Source: Candidatus Bathyarchaeota archaeon
GTDB taxonomy: Archaea > Thermoproteota > Bathyarchaeia > Bathyarchaeales > Bathycorpusculaceae
DNA length: 64,000 bases
Reading direction: 5' to 3'
Assembly (NCBI GenBank): GCA_963827165.1
Contig: CAWGZR010000009.1
Coordinates: forward strand, 263,156-327,155
The notes under the pieces are model-generated. The model ran no database searches. It had not been told where the DNA came from and saw only the letters and a program-made list of their open reading frames with translations. Position 1 is the first letter of the stretch. Every line of letters starts with the position of its first letter. Both the position numbers and the translations under genes were made by a program. Of the stretch, positions 58,057 to 64,000 are shown in pieces.

Positions 58057-59476
58057 TCTGCAGTATTACGCACGTTATCTCGGGTACATTGACACTGCTT
58101 GGTTTCAAGACGAATGGTATGAACTGCTTCAACCCGAAAATGACCAGAAGCATTTTAGCCCTTTGCCCTGGCATAACAGAGCGTTAAAACAGTTTCACCT
58201 TGAAGCACCACGCAAACACGCAAAAAGCGAATGCGTCTCCATAAACTATCCCTCCTGGCTAATTGGGAACTTTCCCGAAATTAGAATCGGGATCGTCAGC
58301 AAAACAGCCCCTTTAGCCGAGCAAACTGTTGCGGCCATACGCAACCGGATTGAGAACGACCAGCACTACATCAACGTTTTCGGCGACCTGAAGCCTAAAA
58401 CCCCGCAGAAATGGACCGATAGCGAATTTTACGTTAACCGCAAAACCATCAGCAAGTTCCCAACGCTATACGGCTGCGGTCTAGGCGGCTCCTTAACCGG
58501 ACGTGGCTTTGACCTAATCATTGCCGACGACATCATAGATGAAGAAAACGTTAACACGCCCAATCAGCTCGAGAAAGTCAACCGATGGTTCTTCAAAGTC
58601 CTGCTGACAACTCTGTTTTCCCATGGCGCCACTTTAGTGATCGGGACTCGGTGGCATTACGCAGATCTTTATAATGACTTAATTCAGTCAGTGGTGAAAG
58701 GCGGCAAAGGTTGGCCGTTTAAAGTCTATAAAGCCATCCAAAACTATGAGGGCGTCGAGAAAGGCGAAGTGCCTCAGGTGCTCTGGCCGCAAGTGTGGTC
58801 TTACGAGCGTTTGATGCAGAAAAAAGCCGATATCGGCACAGTCTATTTCAATTCACAATATCAGAATGACCCGACAGGCATGATGGGTGACTTGCTTAAG
58901 TCGGAGTGGCTGCATCCCTGGAATGAAACAGATAACAACTTTGTGCCCTCGGCTCACTTGCCAAAATATGCTGGTGTGGACCCAGCTCTCGGCGAAGGCG
59001 ACTTATTTGCAGTTAGCACCGCGAGCTTTGACCGGGTTCTTAACCGGATGTATCTCTATGATGTTTACGCTAAGCTTTTGCCGTATCCGGCTGCAGTGCA
59101 ATTGTTGCTGCAGCTTCACGGGATCCATAACTATGCTAAGATCTATGTGGAGTCAAATGCTTTCCAAAAAGTAATCATGTATATGCCCCAGCTGCAAGGA
59201 CTCCCGATCGTGCCTACAGTAACCAGCAAAGGTAAAGAAGAACGCCTGATCCCGCTAAGCAGCCACTTTGAATCTAGACGTGCAACCCTTAACCCCGCCT
59301 GGCCTTACACTCAAAGCGAGTTCTATCAAGAGTGGGTCCAGTTCCCAAGGAGTGCACATGACGACGCACTGGACTGCGTGGAAGTTATGGCTCGAAACCT
59401 TCTCGGCGTCACCGCGATGCCGCAAGGAAAAGGCGTAGCTGTAGTTAAGAAAAAACAACCAATCGAGGATGATTAA
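57986..59476 (+). CDS. terL: Terminase large subunit
   Basis: Walker A APRKHAKS, G..LTGRGFDLIIADD (Walker B), VIGTRWH, SQYQNDP, nuclease GVDPA, VESNAFQ and FP.SAHDDALD. Confidence 0.95.
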   Translation: MIEKPSYALKRLSQEQRQQLARSNLQYYARYLGYIDTAWFQDEWYELLQPENDQKHFSPLPWHNRALKQFHLEAPRKHAKSECVSINYPSWLIGNFPEIRIGIVSKTAPLAEQTVAAIRNRIENDQHYINVFGDLKPKTPQKWTDSEFYVNRKTISKFPTLYGCGLGGSLTGRGFDLIIADDIIDEENVNTPNQLEKVNRWFFKVLLTTLFSHGATLVIGTRWHYADLYNDLIQSVVKGGKGWPFKVYKAIQNYEGVEKGEVPQVLWPQVWSYERLMQKKADIGTVYFNSQYQNDPTGMMGDLLKSEWLHPWNETDNNFVPSAHLPKYAGVDPALGEGDLFAVSTASFDRVLNRMYLYDVYAKLLPYPAAVQLLLQLHGIHNYAKIYVESNAFQKVIMYMPQLQGLPIVPTVTSKGKEERLIPLSSHFESRRATLNPAWPYTQSEFYQEWVQFPRSAHDDALDCVEVMARNLLGVTAMPQGKGVAVVKKKQPIEDD

Positions 59477-59478
59477 AA

Positions 59479-59679
59479 ATGGTCGATGAAATTTTGGTTT
59501 CTGCAAGTGCAAAAGACGAGATTGTCAAAGTTCTCAGTATGGAACACGCATCACGTATGCGTAGCTTACATATTCGCATTAACGGGGTAGAACAATTCAA
59601 GAATGTGATAATTGATGAAATAGAAGTTTCTATCACGCTTGAAGCCTCTAAGAAATCTGAACCTGAAAAGAAACAGTGA
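59479..59679 (+). CDS. Small hypothetical viral protein
   Basis: Tightly packed between TerL and portal; GAGGATGA RBS. Confidence 0.55.
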   Translation: MVDEILVSASAKDEIVKVLSMEHASRMRSLHIRINGVEQFKNVIIDEIEVSITLEASKKSEPEKKQ

Positions 59680-59689
59680 GAGGTTTTAG

Positions 59690-61157
59690 ATGGTTCTGCT
59701 GAGAAAAGATCTTTCGTTAACGATACCTAACCCGCTACGCAACGTGCCAAATGCCGTAGCAGTTTCTCAGCGTGAAACAGAGGTTCCCGTTGCTTGGCGT
59801 GGCGACTGGAACTTAATGGAGTACGTCAACAACTACAACTTGAAAGCCTCCGGAATCGGCTTTGTTAGCAGCCCATATACTCAGCCTTTGGGATCGCATT
59901 TGGGGAGTAACACCCGTTGAGGATCTGCCGAAGTTTAAGGCGTTATATAGCTTTGTTCCGCGTATCCAAGCTTCAATAGATGTTAAAGTTAACCTAGAGA
60001 TTAGCAACGGGTTCACTTTGGAAGGCGGAGCAAATACTTTCCGCGATTTCTTGGAAGAATGGATTGAAAGCCATGATATGCTTGACACAATGCGATCAGA
60101 AGAGAAGGACGCGCAGGTTTTCGGCAGCAGCTACACTGAGCCGGTTATGGATGAAGACTCAGCCAAAGTTGAGTGGCTTAAAACTCTTGATCCAGAGTAT
60201 ATGCGGATTCGCCAAGATTGCTACAAAAACATATTCGGCTATGCCCAACTTAACTCATACCCGCCCGCAATTTTTTACCCTGAAGAAATTTATCGAACCC
60301 TCAATAATGTTTCCAGCTGGTTTTTTGAGAACGCTTACGGAACTTCTTCTCTGCGTTCAATATTGCATATTCAAGCTTTGATCGATGACTTCCAAGCTGA
60401 TATGGCTAAGATCATGAAGGTTTACACTAAGCCGATGTTGATTGCGAAATGTGGTGGGAACGGTGCGCCGGGAATGCCTGAGCCATGGAGCGATCCACAA
60501 CTAGATGTTATGTCAAATACTCTGGCTATGCGTGATCAAGGTACGGATCTGACTGTAAGAGGCGATGTCGAGGTCACGCCAATGTCTTCTTTAACCAAGG
60601 ATCTGAAGGCAGAGTGGTGGATTGAATACTTGGAGCGGCAACGTGACAGCCAACTTGGTGTGCCTAAGATCTTTTTGGGAGAAACAGAAGGAAGCAACAG
60701 GGCTACTGCTGATGTTGTAATGCAGGAGTTTATAACTAGGCTGCGTATGCGTCAGAAACACCGCAGTGGCGTCTATGAACTGCAGCTATTTCCTTTGATC
60801 TTACGTGGCGACTTCCCAGAAGCCTTGATCATACCGGATAAGATCCCTAAGATAAAATGGAAGCCGATTTGGGAACCGCCAACAGATGTCAAGATGAGCC
60901 GCGTGATCGACCTGTACAATAACATGTTGATGGGCGATAAAGAAGCACGTGGCGAACTGGGCCTTCCGGAAAAGATCGATGGAGTCTTGAAAGCTCAGCC
61001 GACAGTTAACGCAGCTCAGCCAGTACCGGAGACACTGCCTGAAACAAGGCAATTTCAGACACCTGGGCAACCGCGGAAGGCTTTAGGTAAGGGTGTTCCT
61101 GCGCAGCTTGTAAGGGATGGGGCGGGGGCTTCGTATCTTGTGCGAGCTCTGTCTTGA
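59690..61157 (+). CDS. Portal protein, split by a frameshift near 59880
   Basis: Position after TerL; A.VFG..Y.E, L..LDP..MRI, YGTS.L and LGVPKIFLG…SNRATA…EAR.ELGLP. ORF 59690 (GAGAGG RBS) joins the 59862 frame as …SSPYTSLWDRIWG… after a one-base removal. Confidence 0.85.
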
Positions 61158-62476
61158 CTCCACGACAACATAACCGCAAAGAAAATAGATACCGCAACTA
61201 TCAATGTCAAAATAGCCAACATCGGAGAAAACTCTGGAACCGTTGGCGATGTTGAAGATATAGGCGGAGAGGGTTGAGGGACCTCAATTGCACCAAAGGC
61301 GTAAACCTTACCGTCGAAATCGGTATCTGAAGATGCGCCTATATAGACCACGCCGTTTGCAATAGCAGGAGAAGACACCACAGCGGAATTTTTGCCAGGA
61401 ACCGCGAAGCTCCATATGAAAGCACCCGTTGAAGCGTTCAATGCATACATATAGCCGTCTATTGAGCCACCATAGACAACTCCGTCTGCAACGGCAGGGG
61501 AAGAACTTCTGTCTATACTGTTGCTCCACAAGTATGCACCCGTTGTTGCGTTCAAAGCGTAAAAATTGTCTTCATATGAGCCAAAATAGACAACCCCGTT
61601 CGCCACTGCAGGAGTAGAAGTAATCGTAGAACTACTGGGGGAGCCAGTGGGATAGCTCCATGTTTTTGTCCCCGTGGAAGCGTTGAGTGAGTAAATGTTG
61701 CCGTCCTCTGAATTAACATAGACTAAGCCATTTGCAACTGTGGGGGAAGAAGATCCGTAGTTCCCTGTTGTATAGTTCCATATATTGGTGCCTTTGGCAG
61801 CGTTCAAAGCGTACAAATGGCCCTCTCCTGAGATTGCATAGACAAAACCATTAGCAACGGCGGGAGAAGAATCCGCGTAACTGCCGATTGTGCAGTTCCA
61901 TGCTTTTGTTCCTTTGGCAGCATTCAAAGCGTAAACGTTGCCATCGGTACAGGTTACGTATACTAAACCGTTTGCAACGACTGGAGAAGAAAACCAAGAA
62001 TCGCCGATTTTGTAACTCCATATTTTTGTGCCCGTTGCAGCGTTCAATGCGTACAAATTGTCGTCTTCCGCACTGACATAAACTACACCATTAGCAACAG
62101 CAGGAGAAGACGCAACAGCTTGCCCGTTGGTGTTGTAGCTCCATAAGTCTTCACCCGTCGCTGCATTCACAGCGTACATGTTGCCATTATCAGAGCCCAC
62201 GTAGACTACACCGTCTAAAACGGCAGGGGAAGATGAGACCGAGTAATAAGCTGCAAAAGTCCAAAGGGTGAGGGTTTTGTTTGTAAGTGGCCCTGTTGAA
62301 GTAGAATAACCTGTATGTGTCAGGTCATGATGGAACATGGGCCACCAGTCTACGGCTGACTGCTGAGCATTAACCTTTGACCCATATATTGAAAACATCG
62401 ATAAACACAGAATAGCAACAAATACAATTACCAATGTTTTCTTCAAGTTGCCTTTCATTCCTAATTGCAAAAGCAT
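61055..62476 (-). CDS. Secreted PQQ-like (BamB-type) beta-propeller with PEF-CTERM-like sorting signal; reads through antisense into the portal
   Basis: WPMFHHD..HTG, about 8 repeats SSPAVANGVVYV…LYALNAATG…W, and VPEF + TM. The stop is only reached 103 bp inside the portal ORF. Confidence 0.9.
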   Translation of the reverse strand: MLLQLGMKGNLKKTLVIVFVAILCLSMFSIYGSKVNAQQSAVDWWPMFHHDLTHTGYSTSTGPLTNKTLTLWTFAAYYSVSSSPAVLDGVVYVGSDNGNMYAVNAATGEDLWSYNTNGQAVASSPAVANGVVYVSAEDDNLYALNAATGTKIWSYKIGDSWFSSPVVANGLVYVTCTDGNVYALNAAKGTKAWNCTIGSYADSSPAVANGFVYAISGEGHLYALNAAKGTNIWNYTTGNYGSSSPTVANGLVYVNSEDGNIYSLNASTGTKTWSYPTGSPSSSTITSTPAVANGVVYFGSYEDNFYALNATTGAYLWSNSIDRSSSPAVADGVVYGGSIDGYMYALNASTGAFIWSFAVPGKNSAVVSSPAIANGVVYIGASSDTDFDGKVYAFGAIEVPQPSPPISSTSPTVPEFSPMLAILTLIVAVSIFFAVMLSWSQDRARTRYEAPAPSLTSCAGTPLPKAFRGCPGV

Positions 62477-62541
62477 GGAGTAAAACTATCCTCACAGATT
62501 ACTCTTTGAAACGGTTTACGCTAAAAGGCTTTCCGTAAAAG

Positions 62542-62578
62542 TTTCTTGACTAAGTTTAGTCCAAATTTCTTGACCAAG
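62542..62578 (-). promoter_or_regulatory. Paired CTTAGTCAAGAAA-type motifs upstream of the BRE/TATA of the PQQ-propeller gene
   Basis: TTTCTTGACTAAG at 62542-62554 and TTTCTTGACCAAG at 62566-62578. Confidence 0.55.
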
Positions 62579-62597
62579 CATGGAGGGTGGAAAAGAG

Positions 62598-62885
62598 ATG
62601 TATCGAGAGGCGGCTAACGCGATTCATGCTGTAAGAGCTGTACAAGCTGCGGTTGTTAACCCTAACGTGAAATCTTCTACTTGGTGCTTTCACAATTCGC
62701 AAAGTCCTAACACGTGCGTTAAATGCGAAGGTTACGACGGCGACGAATACGAGCTTGAAGACCCAGATGATCTGCGAAGTATCTTTCCCTATGGGGAATT
62801 TGTTGCTGATGATACATTCGCCTGCAATGTACATCCAAATTGCGGCTGTTTCTGCGTAAAAACCTCAGACAAATTAAACACTTAA
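62598..62885 (+). CDS. Minimal head morphogenesis protein (Mu gpF/SPP1 gp7 C-terminal motif)
   Basis: W…TCVKC..YDG…HPNCGC between portal and protease; GGAGG RBS before ATG 62598. Confidence 0.7.
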   Translation: MYREAANAIHAVRAVQAAVVNPNVKSSTWCFHNSQSPNTCVKCEGYDGDEYELEDPDDLRSIFPYGEFVADDTFACNVHPNCGCFCVKTSDKLNT

Positions 62886-62894
62886 CCGGAGAAT

Positions 62895-63989
62895 ATGCGT
62901 TTGGAATTAAATTACGACGTCGACGTTAAAGCCAGCCTAGACGATCTCAGGAAAACAGGCGGTATCGAGGGGCAAGCTATAGACTCTTCTGTTAACAAAA
63001 ACCGTTGGCAGGTTCCAGAGGAGGATCTAGATTATTTTTGCTCTTCCCTTCAAAAAGCTGATCTGCGAATTAATCACGGCACTTCCACTGAGACCGTGAA
63101 AGGAGTAGTTACTAAGGCTAAGCGTGTCGGTGATCAGGTTTTCTTTGAAGCTGAGGTCTCTGGGGACCCTGTGCTTTTGACGCAGATTGAAAAGAAATAT
63201 TTGCGTATGGTTAGCCCCAAAGTAGTCTCAGATAACATCGTCTGCAGCTTATGCAGCGGCAAAACCAGAGACGCTGATATGACGATGATTCACCTTTGCG
63301 CAGGTGCTTGGGAGATTGTGCATCAGCCCCGCTGTGTAGAACTTAGTATTGTTGCGGATGGCGCTTATGAAAATAACAATTTTCGGTTTAAAGGGTTTGC
63401 AGCTGCCATGGATGAATCTCAGCGCCAAGGGCTAATTGCCTCTATCTGTGAGTGCATGGATAAGTCGCATTGCCCTTGTGGCCTAAAAGATTTGAAAGCA
63501 AAGTTACAGCCTGACTTACACGGGCTTAACATAAAAAAAGAAGGTAAAATTATGAGTGCAAGTGAAAACAAACCACCAATCACTCCGCCAGCAATGCCAG
63601 CTCCAGGGTCAAACCCGAAAGCCGGCACAGAATTGACGTATCAACAGCTAGAAGATGAATTAACAAAGAATACAGCGCAGATCATGGATGCCTGCAAAGC
63701 CGCAATTGCCGCTTCCGAAAAAAATCTGGAAGCAAAGCTAGAAACAACAGTGAAAGCTGCAGTTGAAGCCGCAGTTCCGAAGCCTCGCCCAAACGGGAAA
63801 GGCCAGTCAGGACCCGGAATCGGTGCAGGCGCAGGGACCCCTGGAATCGATGACGCACAACGCCTAAACAACATGTTTGCACGCAAGGGCAGTTTGAAGA
63901 AAGCTGGGCTCGAATTAGCTGCTGCCGCGAAACGGATGGACAGCTTAACCGCGGATATAACGCATACGGATCCTGAGGAGGCAGAGTAA
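62895..63989 (+). CDS. Prohead protease/scaffold protein
   Basis: IEG.AI….N.N.W, NH, G.V..A, VS, CSLC and ELSIV..GAY.N protease core, followed by a low-complexity coiled-coil scaffold-like tail. The next gene starts at 63991. Confidence 0.8.
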   Translation: MRLELNYDVDVKASLDDLRKTGGIEGQAIDSSVNKNRWQVPEEDLDYFCSSLQKADLRINHGTSTETVKGVVTKAKRVGDQVFFEAEVSGDPVLLTQIEKKYLRMVSPKVVSDNIVCSLCSGKTRDADMTMIHLCAGAWEIVHQPRCVELSIVADGAYENNNFRFKGFAAAMDESQRQGLIASICECMDKSHCPCGLKDLKAKLQPDLHGLNIKKEGKIMSASENKPPITPPAMPAPGSNPKAGTELTYQQLEDELTKNTAQIMDACKAAIAASEKNLEAKLETTVKAAVEAAVPKPRPNGKGQSGPGIGAGAGTPGIDDAQRLNNMFARKGSLKKAGLELAAAAKRMDSLTADITHTDPEEAE

Positions 63990-64000
63990 GATGAGTTCTT

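Larger units (their letters stand above)
44735..64000 (+). mobile_element. Provirus of a head-tail archaeal virus (Caudoviricetes-type) next to tRNA-Asn; extends beyond the window
   Basis: TerL, portal, HPNC head-morphogenesis protein, prohead protease, ParB-ABC-GNAT module and tightly overlapping small + strand ORFs starting ~80 bp after the tRNA. No integrase or second att copy is visible in the window. Confidence 0.85.

Noticed and set aside
55050-62230. Internal DNA repeats in the YVTN and PQQ genes as a DGR or repeat element
   Set aside because: Explained by beta-propeller blade repeats; no reverse transcriptase or adenine-specific TR/VR pair is seen.

Overview
Archaeal chromosome segment, most likely Bathyarchaeia (inferred from L15e/L13e, RNase P Pop5/Rpp30, SmAP3-type Lsm, PUA-less TgtA, DUF5752, multiple PAS histidine kinases and NosD/PQQ surface proteins). 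Bases 1-44.6 kb hold mostly housekeeping genes: hisS, endA, an aRF1 paralog, mtnA, glmM/glmU, tgtA, presenilin, rpl15e/rnp cluster, porCDAB and pstS. This part also has an arsenic cluster with no ArsR and a dispersed non-coding element made of a conserved ~55-65 bp leader followed by a phased 10-bp repeat array (at least 4 copies). Directly after tRNA-Asn(GTT) at 44658-44734 a head-tail (Caudoviricetes-type) provirus begins and runs off the right edge. It encodes small Cys-rich ORFs, a Vsr-like nuclease, a ParB + ABC-ATPase/GNAT module with a candidate -1 frameshift signal, TerS/TerL, portal, a mini head-morphogenesis protein and a prohead protease. Three host-type cargo blocks interrupt it and share a TTTCTTGACT(AAG) promoter motif. 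Several single-base frameshifts, some in core host genes, suggest indel errors in the assembly, which weakens every frameshift-based claim. All calls come from reading motifs by eye; no database searches were run.
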